Shown one piece after another: positions 25,344 to 38,185 of a stretch of DNA of 64,000 bases. The stretch comes from Octopus sinensis (taxonomy: Eukaryota). The position numbers were made by a program, and so were the translations under genes. The DNA is taken from positions 121,458,001-121,522,000 of the forward strand of contig NC_042997.1 in assembly GCF_006345805.1 (NCBI RefSeq), in the 5' to 3' direction. The stretch's first letter is position 1, and the number at the start of each line of letters is the position of its first letter. Below the pieces are notes generated by a model that saw only the letters and a program-made list of their open reading frames with translations, had not been told where the DNA came from and searched no databases.

Positions 25344-25944
25344 ATCTATATCTATATATTGCATGTATGTGTTTGTGTGTTTGTGTGTATATATTTATAT
25401 GTGCATGTGTATGTACTTAATAAAAATAAAAAAGAATGAATTATATAGAAGCATAATAAAATAAGTGTATACCAAAAAAGATCTCACTCTCTCTCTCTCG
25501 GGAAATTTCTCCCCTACTTTTATTTCTTAGCAAACCCTGTTTCTCTATGCCACTCTAGAAACAACAGCAGGCGGCAACAGCGATGATCACCAGTCAAATT
25601 TCACACGATATGTAAAATAATTATGGGAAATAAAAGGCATTTTCTGGAAAAAAAACTTAGTTAACTCCCTTGTATTAGATTTTTTAAAAAATATATTCTC
25701 CACATTAACAGTTGTTCATTACGAAAGAAGGATAAAAATTTTGTAGGGAGACAATTGGTGGATACTCACAAATTCAGTGACTTAACTTGTACTTTCTGTT
25801 ACCGAGGTATGGGAGGCAAAGCCGACCCGCACGGTATTTGAAGTCAGAACATAAGGAGCGGAACAAACACCGCGAGGGAATTTTTGTGACGCTCTAACGA
25901 TTCAAGCAGCTCGACGCCATTTGTTGTTATGAAATGATATCAGC

Positions 25945-26352
25945 AAATAATATTTCTTTACCACCCACAAGGGGCTACACACAGAGGGGACAAACAAGGA
26001 GAGACAAACGGATTAAGTCGATTATATCGACCCAAGTGCGTAACTGGTACTTATTTAATCGACCCCGAAAGGATGAAAGGCAAAGTCGACCTCGGCGGAA
26101 TTTGAACTCAGAACGTATAGCGGCAAACGAAATACCTATTTCTTTACTACTCACAAGGGGCCAAACACAGAGAGGACAAACAAGGACAGACAAACGTATT
26201 AAGTCGATTATATCGACCCCAGTGCGTAACTGGTACTTACTTAATCGACCCCGAAAGGATGAAAGACAAAGTCGACCTCAGAACGTAGCGGCAGATGAAA
26301 TACCGCTAAGCATTATCGCCCGGCGGGCTAACGTTTCTGCCAACTCGCCGCC
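25945..26352 (-). mobile_element. SINE family B dimer
   Basis: Two tandem monomers: cacagagggacaaacaagg...gtcgacctc...cagaacgtag. Confidence 0.9.
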
Positions 26353-26699
26353 TGTTCCGTTGATCGGATCAATTGGAACACTCGTCATCGTAGCTGACGG
26401 AAAGCCAGGCTTACGATGATCGACTCGAGTTCATAAATTCATGGATTCAATCGCTGGATCGAGTGGCATGTTGAACCCTTATGCAAGACACTTCCTTTCA
26501 TATTGCACCTCCAGTTACCATAGCTTTAATGTGTACCAAATGGGTCTTGGTACACCCTCTTTTCCTCAAGCTGCTATATCCTTCAGTTGACTCAAGGCTG
26601 ACGATGGTGAACTGACAACTCTGTTCTTGAAATTTAATAAGCACTTAAAACAATTACCGAATGCATGCTACATATTACATGGCCTTAATCATTTGATTT

Positions 26700-26830
26700 C
26701 TTATTAGCCACAAGGGCCCCAAATAAAATTGAGCCTGGCGGAGTTTGAACCCAGAGCGCAATGAGTCAGAACAAATACTGTGAAACCATCTGTCTGACGC
26801 TCTAACGACTTCGCCAATCCGCCGCCTGTG
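26700..26830 (-). mobile_element. SINE family B-related, diverged
   Basis: ggcggagtttgaaccc...gctctaacgacttcgccaatccgccgcc. Confidence 0.55.
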
Positions 26831-27581
26831 GCCATAATCATTTGAGAATAGCAACTGTCTGCACAAGAAAATGTGTTTCTGATTTCATTGTTCCACGAGA
26901 AAAGACTGTGATACTTTTCTTATTAGGCCTGATTCATTCTTGTTAGACGCGATGTTAAGCAACAAGAAACAACTACAATTTTTTTGTGAATAAAATAGCT
27001 TTTATATGTTTAAGAAATTCAAGTTCATGGGTGCTCAGTACAGCATCCGTGGACTATTTATCGCCTTCTTGACTCAAAAGACTCGTTTTCAAAAAGATTT
27101 TCACGTCAACAGGGATAATATATAAGGTACAACAAAATAAATGAATAAAATATATCTTGTTTGATGACCTTATTAGATGCATCCTATTCCATCTTCAAAT
27201 ATATGACCCAGGGTGACTTTTAAAGAATTTTACCTTTTTTCTTTATTGTCTTTTTCTTTTTTTTTGAAAAATATGTCTTAAATGTCATGGAATATGCCAT
27301 GGTTATAAAATTAAATTGTTAACAGCCGTTACATTTATTTTTATTTTCTTAAAGTATTTCTGTAAGTTTGCGCTATTGGAGCCGTTTCAACGAAATAATA
27401 TAATATAGAAGGAAAAAAACGTAATTTTAAACTACAGGTAACTTCATATTTTACAAAAGTTTAATATTTGGCTTGAAACCAATACAAAAAAAAAACTTTT
27501 GTAAATGTTTTTTCTTTTTTTGAATTATTATGTAAGTTCTAATATATCAAGAAATTTTGAACTTATTCTCGTAACTAAAAC

Positions 27582-27839
27582 TTTTGTTGTTGTGAGCCAA
27601 GCAGCTGGGTTCCGAAATTGTTCTTCGAACAAATCTTTGAGCAAACTGTTCACGATAAATATAGCTTCTCTAGAGAAACCGGTGCCAGTGTGGACTTGTT
27701 TCATCATTTTGTACATGTAGATGGAATGACTTTCCATCCTTCTTCTCTTTATTTTGTCGTCTGTGGCGGCAGGATAAGCAGCCGAAGCCTTGCACGCCTT
27801 CTTGGCTCCTTTCCAAGCGGTCGCTGGTGCTGCTGGCAT
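27582..27839 (-). pseudogene. H2B: Histone H2B pseudogene, frameshifted and 3'-truncated
   Basis: KGAKKA..KIKRRRMESHSIYMYKMMKQVHTGTGFSREAIFIVNSLLKDLFE aligns with H2B [37 protein letters not shown]; after a 1-bp shift SEPSCLAHNNK matches SEASRLAHYNK; homology then stops. Confidence 0.9.
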
Positions 27840-27861
27840 AATGTCAATTGCACATCTTGAA

Positions 27862-27942
27862 TAAGGGACCAGTACTGTAACAACTTAGGTTTCAAGGGTC
27901 CACAACTGCTCAATATTCTACCAGACAACCTCAAAGATTTGT
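27862..27942 (+). mobile_element. CR1/L2-like LINE C-terminal fragment
   Basis: TQYCNNLGFKGPQLLNILPDNLKDL-like translation (nucleotides accagtactgtaacaacttaggtttcaagggtccacaactg...) resembles CR1-type ORF2 ends. Confidence 0.5.
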
Positions 27943-28609
27943 GAGAAGTCTTCAAAGAGCACACCTCGGTAGTAAGATCAGGCTGAAGAAGAGGTATCTG
28001 TCACGAGATATGTTTGTGAAAAGATGCAAGCCTGTGGCATGCAAGCTGGGTATCTTTGGCACCAGGTAAGTGTGACCGGATCAAGAAGAAAAGGTTCTAC
28101 CCAGATGGCTGGGTGTCTGTCCTTCGACATGATCCATATGTAATATTTTTAAACTTGTCTTGGTAAAATTCAGTGTTTATAATCTCATCCGTAATTTCAT
28201 TCGAAATTTTTAACCGTGTAAAGCTACTTCTGCCTTTATTTTTGTCTGTCGTTTTTTGTCCCCTCTTTGTAAATGCCTAAATTGCAAATTATATGAAATA
28301 ATCTGAAATACCAGATGATGAAACCAATACGAGTGAGAAAGCACAAAGAAGAGCAGCTCCCTCTAACTCACTAAAAACAATACAGAAAAGAAACTGAAGC
28401 TCACTGAAAAGCAATGCTCCAGCATGGCCCTTGCTACTGGATGTAACCAGTAAAAGATAAGAGATAACCAAAATACATAATTCTTTTTTCTTTTAACAGT
28501 TATTGAACAGATATAAAACTCATGATAATCACGAGTTTCATTTGGGTGTGGGGAATAGGTTTTTCATATATCTTCAATGCACGCCATGGCGTTTCAGCAA
28601 AAGGATTTC

Positions 28610-28830
28610 CACCAATATAGCTTTGATCTGCTATCTTTTACTTGCTTCAGTCATTGGAATACGATCGCGCTGGGATACAGCCTTAAAGGGTTTTAGTCGA
28701 ATATATAGGCCCCCTCACTTTTAAAGCCTGCTACTTATTCTATCAGTCTGTTTAGCTGAACTGCTATATAAGAAGGACGCAAACAAACCAACAAGGGTTG
28801 TCAAGCGGTAGTGGAGAAAGTACAGGCTCT
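28610..28830 (-). mobile_element. SINE family A tail, diverged
   Basis: ttacttgcttcagtcattgg...tacttattctatc...gttgtcaagcggt. Confidence 0.7.
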
Positions 28831-29344
28831 AACACATACACACACGGATACACACCCATATGCGTGTATACATGTATATATATATATATATATATAAATA
28901 GGTTGCTTGGCCGCATACCGAAAAATTAGAAATAGCAGTCAAGACTGTTTATTTCTATTTTCTACAAGTGGGACTCCACACACGACATATCCCTGTAATT
29001 CACATATGCAAAACAGAAGGAATAAATAACGAAAACAAAGTCTGGCGGTTATTTGCGAACATCATGTTTCTGGATTATAAACATATTGAATATATATTTC
29101 ATATATATTTTTAATATATATTTCATATACATTACATATATATTTCACATCCGTCATCGGCGCAACTCTCCATTGAAATAGATTTATCAAATGCTACGTA
29201 CCTCGAACCTTCTGATCATGCGACATCAAAAGAGTTGAAGAAAGCGAGCATGGGTTAAACCTAAATAGACAGTTGAATTCGTAAATCTTCCCTCCAAAAT
29301 TTTGCCATGCGCATTACAAAAATAGTTCCTTAGAGGTAGAAACT

Positions 29345-29603
29345 ATGGGTTGTCGTAATCTCGGGGGAGATTCAGCGTGACACAGTTTACGCTGAATTAA
29401 AATACAGGTACAACAGAAACAGGAAGTTAGTGAGAGAAAACTGTGGTGAAAGAGTACAGCAGGGTTCACCACCAACCCCTGCCGGAGCCTCGTGGATCTT
29501 TAGGTGTTTTCGCTCAATAACCACTCACAACGCCCGGTTTGGGCATCGAAACCACGATCCTACGACCGCGAGTCCGAAGCCCGAACCACTGGGCCATTGC
29601 GCC
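29345..29603 (-). mobile_element. SINE family C with tRNA-like head
   Basis: Reverse complement of head ggcgcaatggcccagtggttcgggc...gcggtttcgatgccc. Confidence 0.85.
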
Positions 29604-29619
29604 TACACGCTGTTTGCAG

Positions 29620-30431
29620 TAGCGCATGGAAATAAGGTGTGTGGCATGTGATCATCGCATTGACCATGGCAGAAAACTGAGCAGAATAGTGCATGGAAAT
29701 ATGGTGTGTGGCGTGTGGTCGTCGCATTGACATGACAGAAAACTGAGCAGAGAATCTGCATCAAATTGTACCAAAAGCTTAGTAATACTGGCTCAGAGAC
29801 CTACGCAAAGTTTTCAAAATGTTTTTATCATTCATGATGCAAACAAGAAGACCTTATGCAACTGAAATCCGAGTGTCTTTTTGGTCAGCTGAAAGCAGTT
29901 TTGGCACAAACTTGGCAAACATGTATCTCATACACAAATCTTCCGTGATAATGAACTGAACTGAACCGTAATAAATCTGTACATCCTCTGATAACTCACG
30001 GATGAGGATTCGACGATTTCCCCTCACAGCTGCATGCACATCTTCGATGGTTTTCTCAGTTCTGCTCCTTGCGAGTCTCCTAGAAAATTCGTAAATATCG
30101 ACCATTTTCGGCCATCTTAGAAACGTCTGAACCACTCGTACACATGTGTGTAGCTCATACACTCCTCACCATACATTTTCTTCAACTTTTCGTTGGCCTC
30201 TGAGCAATTATCGCCATGACAATTTCCTGTGTCATGGTCATAGTGATGATCACACGCTACACACCTTCCTTCCAAGCACTGCTGTATACAGCGGAAGTGA
30301 GCTAGGACGTTAAAACTTAATGTGCATGCACAGCAGAGTTCGAGGTTAATCTTTGCCATGTGGTTTAACTCTGCGGACTCCTGCTTCGTTACTATGGGAA
30401 CAGTCCAGATGCTTATTGATCAGACCTCGTA
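29620..30431 (-). mobile_element. mariner 5' half with TIR, plus an inverted duplicate of its 5' end
   Basis: TIR tacgaggtctgatcaataag (reverse complement, ending 30431); LKKMYGEECMSYTHVYEWFRRF...FVPKLLSADQKDTRISVA; 29620-29820 (+) repeats the leader and N-terminus (QRICIKL.QKL..T.SET). Confidence 0.85.
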
Positions 30432-30553
30432 TATATATATATATATATATATATATTCGGTATGTGGTAAGGCAACTCGTTGCTAAACCCTTATTGCTTA
30501 GTATATATATATATATATATATACACGCATATATATATATACATACACACACA

Positions 30554-30653
<100 letters not shown>

Positions 30654-30789
30654 TCCGTCTCCCAAATTCCCTCAGAAGGCATTAGTCGAATCCGGGCTGC
30701 AGTAAAAACACTTGCCTATACTACTACCTGTTGTTCTGTGTTGATTTTTCTTTCTGAATATGTCATTTATAAGGCCTGAAATATAGGAT

Positions 30790-30950
30790 GATAGGGTAAG
30801 TTGATTACATCGGCTTACGTGTTCAACTGGTACCTATCTGATTGACCCCGAAAGGATGTAAGTTTAAACAGACCCGGCGGAATTCGCACTCAAAAAGTCA
30901 AACGAAAAGCGGATAAGCATTTTTCTCGGCATGATAACGGTTCTGCCAGC
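30790..30950 (-). mobile_element. SINE family B, diverged
   Basis: aactggtacc...gaccccgaaaggatg...ggcggaattcg. Confidence 0.65.
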
Positions 30951-31794
30951 TCACGGACTTTATGTCATTTATAATAGAATGTCAGTAACATTAAAGAAAA
31001 AAACAGGCAAAAATATCATTACAATAATAAACGGAAATAGCAATTATTTTGCCGTAATGATTAAAGCGAAATACCCGTGTTTTATTTACCGCGTAAATAT
31101 CGCTGCTCCAAAGCGAGACAATGTTTGAAGATATTTTAATAGCTTTCATAAAACACAAACATCAAAGTTTCATGCAATTTCGGAAAATGAGAAAAGCAAA
31201 GAATTAATTTCAAGTATGAACAACAAACGATCACTTTCAAAATCTTTGATTTGTTAATATGGCATCATTTCGTGTCGAAGGTCCGGAATTGACAAAGAAA
31301 GATTTTTCTGGAAGCTGCTGACTTAGAATTTGTAAATTTTAAAATTATAGTAGATGTGATGGATGCAATAAATGAGTAATTGCTTACAAAGAATACAGAA
31401 AGTAGAAAAACGGGAATAATATTTGGGGATAATATTGAAAGTATTAACCAAAGAATTCGATAAAGATACTTCAGCGTGCGAATATTTCTCACTTCAAATG
31501 GGTGATTCAAGAGATATTATCTATGTTGCACACACAAATATGCATTTGTATTCAAATGGCATTTGAGAACTGCATTTTTAAGAAGTGATTTATTATAAAT
31601 TTCGCTATCTCGAGGTAAAACTCGGAAAAAAGGACATTTAAGAACCATTTAAAAAAAAGAAATGGCCACTATTGACTACTTCAGCAGTTTGTATCAATCA
31701 CTGCAGATGATGGACCAAGGATTATAGCTTGTAAGAATGATTTATTTTGCTTTTGAAACAAGTTCACGAATTTCCTAAATTTATTTCACAATAT

Positions 31795-32150
31795 TGGCGC
31801 AGTGTGGCTACGTGGTTAAGAAGCACGCTTTGCAACTAAGTAGCTTTGGGTTTCACTTCGAACTGCGTGACACAGTGGACAAGTGTTTTATACTATAGCC
31901 CCGGTTCGAATGATACGTTATGACAGAATTTTTAAAGCAGAAAAGGTACAGAAGCTCGTCGTATCTATGCGTGTAGTCATTGTGCTTGATTTTGGTCTCC
32001 CTACGACTTGGCAACCGGTATTGGTTTGTTTATGCTCAGGTAATTTGCGTTTCGGCAAAAATCCAATAGAATAAAACCAGATGTAAAAATTTAATTATGA
32101 GTATCAGTTTGATCGACTAAACTCTTCAAGGTGGTGCCAAAGTATGATCA
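31795..32150 (+). mobile_element. SINE family A, older diverged copy
   Basis: ggcgcagtgtggctacgtggttaag...gacaagtgttttatactatagccc...cggcaaaa...atagaataa. Confidence 0.7.
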
Positions 32151-33734
32151 CCGTCCGGTGATACGAAACGAGTAAATGGTAAATTACTGGAAGACAGCAA
32201 CAATGATTAAAAAAAAACTCATTAATTTTTATTACAAATTGTGAAATCCTCAATAGGGCCAAGCTTTTTCCACGACGTTTATTTAACAGTGCCATGGAAG
32301 ACACCGATTCTAATCATGTCAATTTGCAGCTGCATCCCAAAATCCGTTAAGTAGAAGATCCTAAGACCGAAATCAAAAGGGTTTTTTCACTTTTTCTCTT
32401 TTTGTTATGTAAAATTAAATTGATTGTTAGAGTGAAGATTTTTAACACGTAGCAATTCTGCCAAATGAGATTTTATTCTGAGATATAAAGTGAAAGCAAA
32501 TAAGTAGTGAGGTGATAAATTTTGTAAGCGTTTTCACAACAAAATAATGATAATTATTTTCCAGTTTAAGAAAGCGATTAGCCAAGTAATTAAGCAAACA
32601 CTCTTGCAATCGAAATTACCAAGTTAACAAAAATTGACTAGATGTTATCAAAATTTGCCATTTATATAGGAATTTTAGAAACTATAAAATAAGAATTTAG
32701 CTGCCATTTCCAAGATGTTGGTTAACTACAAACGGCATTTATTCATGCCCCTTCAGCGATATTGATGCAGAATAAACTGCTGTAAAAGGAGAGGTAGTGT
32801 CAACTATATTTCAACGGATATAGAATATCAATTAATAGTGCTACAAAATTTCATTGATTCAAAAAGAAGGCACCAAGATTCTGTTGGGGGATATTTAGAC
32901 TCAGATGAGAAATACCCAAGTATAAACACTGCAGCCTTTTTACTGAATGCAACATTATTCTTATGCATGAATGTAAGAAAATATAAAACAAGAAATACGC
33001 TAACAAACGAGTACCTATTGTTGCCAAACAGGTATTGAACTATGAATATTTAGTTAACAATATGCTATACAAGCGTGCACATAATTGATTTTCAATAAAT
33101 CATTTTCTTTTTTTACTATTCTCACAAATAAACGCATGTAATGTAAATAATTGACGTGCAACTGAGACACGATGCTTTCGGCTTTCTTGAACTGAATGAA
33201 ATATTGCGTTTTCCGATTCCATTTTAACAAAAATATTTCTTCTGCCAGTAAAAACTTCTGAATATTCCTACAAGAAAAAAAATTTCTCTTCTTTAATTGC
33301 ATTTCTGGAGTTAAGGCGAGGCTCAAACGCACGGCAGGGGTAAGGTATTCGCACGGCTGCTAATGAATATATTGTCGTGAATCATTCCATTTAACCACAT
33401 GAAAAATAAGTAAATACAAAAAGAAGTCAGAAATGTACTTAAAAGTCTTTTAATCCTTCTACACTGTCTTGTCTAAATAAGAGACATAATCTATTCAATT
33501 CTGCTTTGCCATTCTTAATAAATACTCTTTCTTTATTCATTGGCATTTGACAGGAAGAATCGTCGGTGCATCAGTACAGTGGAAAAATATAATTTCAGGA
33601 TTATATTTGCTGCCAAATCTCCGCTAAAGTGGGTTTGTCATGTACTTGAGTCTCCTACTTGTTGATGATGAAGGGCCATTCTTCTTGTTTTCTGTAATCT
33701 TTACGACATATATTACATTTAATTATACTCTTAC

Positions 33735-34135
33735 TCACTCTTTACTCTTTTAATTGTTTCAGTCATTTGACTGCAGCCATGCTGGAGCACCGCCTTTAGT
33801 CGAGCAACTCGACCCCAGGACTTATTCTTTGTAAGCCTAGTGGTTATTCTATCGTTTTCTTTTGCCGAACGGCTATGTTACGGCGGCGTAAACACACCAG
33901 CATCGGTTGTCAAACGATGTCGTGGGGACAAGCATAGACACACAAACACATATACACACATATATTTATACATATATACAACGGACTTCTTTCTGTTTCT
34001 GTCTACTAAATCAACTCACAAGGCTTTGGTCGGCCCGAGGGTATAGTAGAAGACACATGCCCAAGGTGCCACGCAGCAGTACTGAACCCAGAACCATGTA
34101 GTTGCTAAGCAAGCTACTTACCACAGAGCCACTCC
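33735..34135 (-). mobile_element. SINE family A, full length
   Basis: Reverse complement of tail and head. Confidence 0.92.
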
Positions 34136-34606
34136 TTATATTACATGTAATAATGTAAAATTTAGTTTTTTAAGTACAGTTGATGTCTTTCTGTTGAGTA
34201 AATATTTATTTTGATTTAAGTTAAATAATTTCGCCTTCAGTAAGATTAATAAAATTTTGGCAATTTGGAAATGACTGTTGGAGATGTAATTTCAGCCATT
34301 GATTTGGCACCGTCTAGTAATTTCTTTAATGATTTTGATTTCGTTTTACTTCTTAGACAATTTTTTTTATTACCTATGTCATTTACAGATACAAATAATG
34401 GCATATTCTGATGAAAGTTATTGTACGTTTCGGTATTTCTTGGGCATTTTGCCGATACACGAGGTAAGGCATTGAAAGTATCTAAATTGACTTTTGACTT
34501 TGTAATTCCTGAAAAATCTATAGATTTGGAATACACTCTTCTGTTATCAAATACTGTCTTGAAGTTCAGTTAACTCGAATACTATTTTCTGAAATTTGCC
34601 GGTGGC

Positions 34607-34903
34607 CTGTCATGAGACTCGAACTCACATCCCTGTGATTACGCGTTAAGTACTTTATCATTAAGCTAAACTGCCCCAACGACAAATTCTTCCGCAAATT
34701 TAGAACATATACATCTAGCTTTATAAGACGCTATTGTACATTAAATTTAACTTATGTTGAACGTCAACATATAAAATTTAACGTAAGATAGCGTCTTATA
34801 AAGCTAGAATTATATATCCTAAATTTGCGGAAGAATTTGTCGTTGGGACAGTTTAGCTTAATGGTAAAGCACTTGACTCGTAATCACAGGGATGTGAGTT
34901 CGA
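34607..34903. other. ~285-bp hairpin with outward-facing tRNA-Thr(CGT)-like tips
   Basis: Arms 34619-34760 and 34764-34903 around a 3-nt loop (acg); each arm ends in a tRNA-like sequence (tagcttaatggtaaagc; cttga.ctcgtaa.tca; gtgag.ttcga). Confidence 0.85.
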
Positions 34904-35627
34904 TTTTTCTGCAAAATATTGATAATTTATGCTGTTTATGTTATATTAGCATTACACTGCATTTGAGAATAAAATTATTTCCTTGTGTGTGTTTGTTCTT
35001 CACCACCGCTTGACACCCGATGTTAGTGTATTTAGGCTCGGCAAAAGGGACCTAAAGGCTTAAAAATAAGCTCTGGGGTCGATTCATTAGACTAAAATTC
35101 TATTTAGGGTCGACGAAAACTCTTCGTTTTAGATACATTTATCGGAAGAAGCAGCCAGATTTCTTTTCTAACGATTTACATAGCTACACATACACAATTT
35201 AACGTTTGAAAAACAAAACCGATAAAACTAGTTTTTAAACATCGGCAGGCTATGGGGATTCACCTGATTAAAATTGTAATCAAAGGGGTTCATGCATGAA
35301 AAATGGTTTAGAAACACTGGCTTATACTATAGCGTAAAGTTTTGAACTTACTAAGCGAAGCGAGAGTGTGCGTCCATAAGACTTGTAACCAAGCAAGCAT
35401 CATGTTCTTTTGTTCAATACAAATTTCAAGAACATGTCGTACATAGAATTGGAATGCGATACGTTTGAATTTATTATTACGTCACGAATAAATTATTGAA
35501 AGTTGGGTTAACGCTTGCTCCCATCAGAATCCCAGCTACCTGAAAATAAAGAATTATTTTCGGAATTAATATTATGTTCAATGTGTGTGTGTATGTGTGT
35601 GTGTGTGCGCGCGTGCGTGTATGTATG

Positions 35628-35659
<32 letters not shown>

Positions 35660-35809
35660 TGTATGTATGTATGTATGTATGTATGAATGTATGAATGTAT
35701 GTATGCATGCATGCATTTATGTATGTTTGTATGTGTTTGCTACTATAACCTCGGGTCGACCAGAGCATTGTCAGTGAATTTCGCACGCGGAAATTGAAAG
35801 AAGCTTGAA

Positions 35810-35863
<54 letters not shown>

Positions 35864-36227
35864 TTCAGACTTCTTTATATATAATATATATATACACACA
35901 CACGATGGATGGATGAATAGATGTTTGCATGTATTCACATAATTTCAAGATACATCTCACAGATGCTCTGGGATGTATAGTTTAGTGATGTTTCTGAGAT
36001 CGTCCAGTTTACCCAGCCAGAGTTGGTCAAATCCCGGCTTCCATCTCAGTCGCAGTAAACCAACCGCCTGTCTTCTTTAATCAAATCTACCAATTGCCCT
36101 ACTCAGCTGCTTCTGTATTAGAACGAACCTTAGTCATACATCACAAACAATTGGTTTAAGTCTTTCAAATTTCCAATATCACCAAATACAAATATATCAA
36201 AATATTATTATATTCTATTATGTTATG

Positions 36228-36454
36228 TTACTCTTTTACTCTTTTACTCTTTTACTTGTTTCAGTCATTCGACTGTGGCCATGCTGGAGCACCGCCTTTA
36301 GTCGAGCAAATCGACCCCGGGACTTATTCTTTGTAAGCCCAGTACTTATTCTATCGGTCTCTTTTGCCGAACCGCTAAGTGACGGGGGACGTAAACACAC
36401 CAGCATCGGTTGTCAAGCAAAGCTAGATGGACAAACACAGACACACAAACACAT

Positions 36455-36509
<55 letters not shown>

Positions 36510-36698
36510 ATATTATATATATATATACATATATACGACAGGCTTCTTTCAGTTTCCGTCTACCAAATCCACTCACAAGGCATTGGTCGGCCCGGGGCTA
36601 TAGCAGAAGACATTTGCCCAAGATGCCACGCAGTGGGACTGAACCCGGAACCATGTGGTTGGTTAGCAAGCTACTTACCACACAGCCACTCCTACGCC
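36228..36698 (-). mobile_element. SINE family A, full length
   Basis: Reverse complement of tail and head. Confidence 0.95.
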
Positions 36699-36699
36699 T

Positions 36700-36997
36700 A
36701 TGTTATATTATATTATATTATATATTATGCTATATTATATTATATTATATTATATTATATTATATTATATGTTATGCTATATTATATTATATGTTATGCT
36801 ATATCTTATTATATTTCACTACGTTCTCAGTTCAGGCGCCTCTAATATCGAATTTGCGTCTTATAGTTTAATGATTGATAAATTACATAACAATCAACTT
36901 GCGGGAACTTTACTCGTCACGTATCTTTGCTGCATGCAGTCATAATTTGCTATCAATAGCTACTACTACAACAACAAAAACAACAACAACAACAACA

Positions 36998-37053
<56 letters not shown>

Positions 37054-37080
37054 CACTGCGGCTGCTGCTAATAATAATAG
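36700..37080. repeat. (TATTA)n and (ACA)n/(ACT)n simple repeats
   Basis: At 36700-36810 and 36958-37080. Confidence 0.92.
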
Positions 37081-37431
37081 TGCTCTTGCTACCGCAGGTT
37101 TTGGGATTTCTAACTTCCTGTCTTTGTTCTGTACACCATTTTCGATTGGTTGAACCTTGAATTGTATCCTTTCATGAAACAATTCATCTCAATTCAAGAA
37201 ACAGAAAAACATTCAAACTTCAATAAATAAAAATAAGCATCGGCAGCAGTGGCAATGGTGGACGAAAATCGCTCAGAAATACAATCTTGTTGGGCCATCA
37301 TTTAGGATTCATTTCGAAGAATGATGCTAATTTCAATAAGACACTATTTATATCTGTATGTACAGCATGTATGTGTGGATGTGTGTGTATGTGTGTGTGT
37401 ATGTATGCATGTATATATGTATGTATGTATG

Positions 37432-37465
<34 letters not shown>

Positions 37466-37769
37466 TGTATGTATGTATGTATGTATGTGTGTGTGTGTAT
37501 GTATGTATGTATGTATGTATGTATGTATGTATGTATGTATGTGTGTATGTACGTAAGTCAAAGGGTCGAGGAGCTCATGGGCAGTCAACGGCCGTATAAT
37601 ATGCGTACATGTGTATGTATGCATGCAGGTATTTATGCGCGGGGAAGTGGAAATACCTGGGTTGCTGCCAAAAGCGAGCGGTTAGTGGGAGGCTCCTCTC
37701 TTGTCACAATTCTCTAGGAGAGGGAACTCCGAGAGAAAACCTGCGGCACTGACAATATTCGATGATGTA

Positions 37770-38185
37770 GGGTGGCGAGCTGGCAGAAACGTTAGCACGC
37801 CGGGCGAAATGCGTAGCCGTATTTCGTCTGCCGTTACGTTCTGAGTTCAAATTCCGCCGAGGTCGACTTTGCTTGTCCTCCTTTCGTGATCGATAAATTA
37901 AGTACCAGTAACGCACTGGGGTCGATATAATCGACGTAATCCGTTTGTCTGCCCTTGTTTGTCCCCTCTGTGTTTAGCCCCTTGTGGGTAGTAAAGAAAT
38001 AGGTATTTCTTCTGCCGTTACGTTCTGAGTTCAATTTCCGCCGAGGTCGACTTTGCCTTTCATCCTTTCGTGGTCGATTAAATAACTACCAATTACGCAC
38101 TGGGGTCGATGTAATCGACTTAATCCTCTTTTCTGTCCTTGTTTGTCCCTTCTATGTTTAGCCCCCTGTGGGCAATAAAGAAATA
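37770..38185 (+). mobile_element. SINE family B dimer with 16-bp TSD
   Basis: aatattcgatgatgta at 37754-37769 and 38186-38201 flanks two monomers. Confidence 0.92.

Noticed and set aside
27950-28140. Short similarities to histone H3 (PKDTQLA), H4 (KHIS, RGVL) or other small proteins next to the H2B pseudogene
   Set aside because: The matches are a few residues long, mutually inconsistent in order and frame, and could be chance; a TBLASTX search would be needed
32764-33038. ~90-codon open frame in unique sequence
   Set aside because: No recognisable homology, no convincing splice or start context, and length within chance expectation
36940-37182. ORF MFHERIQFKVQPIENG... ending in poly-V
   Set aside because: The length is largely due to the (GTA/GTT)n repeat, and the unique part is short and unrecognised
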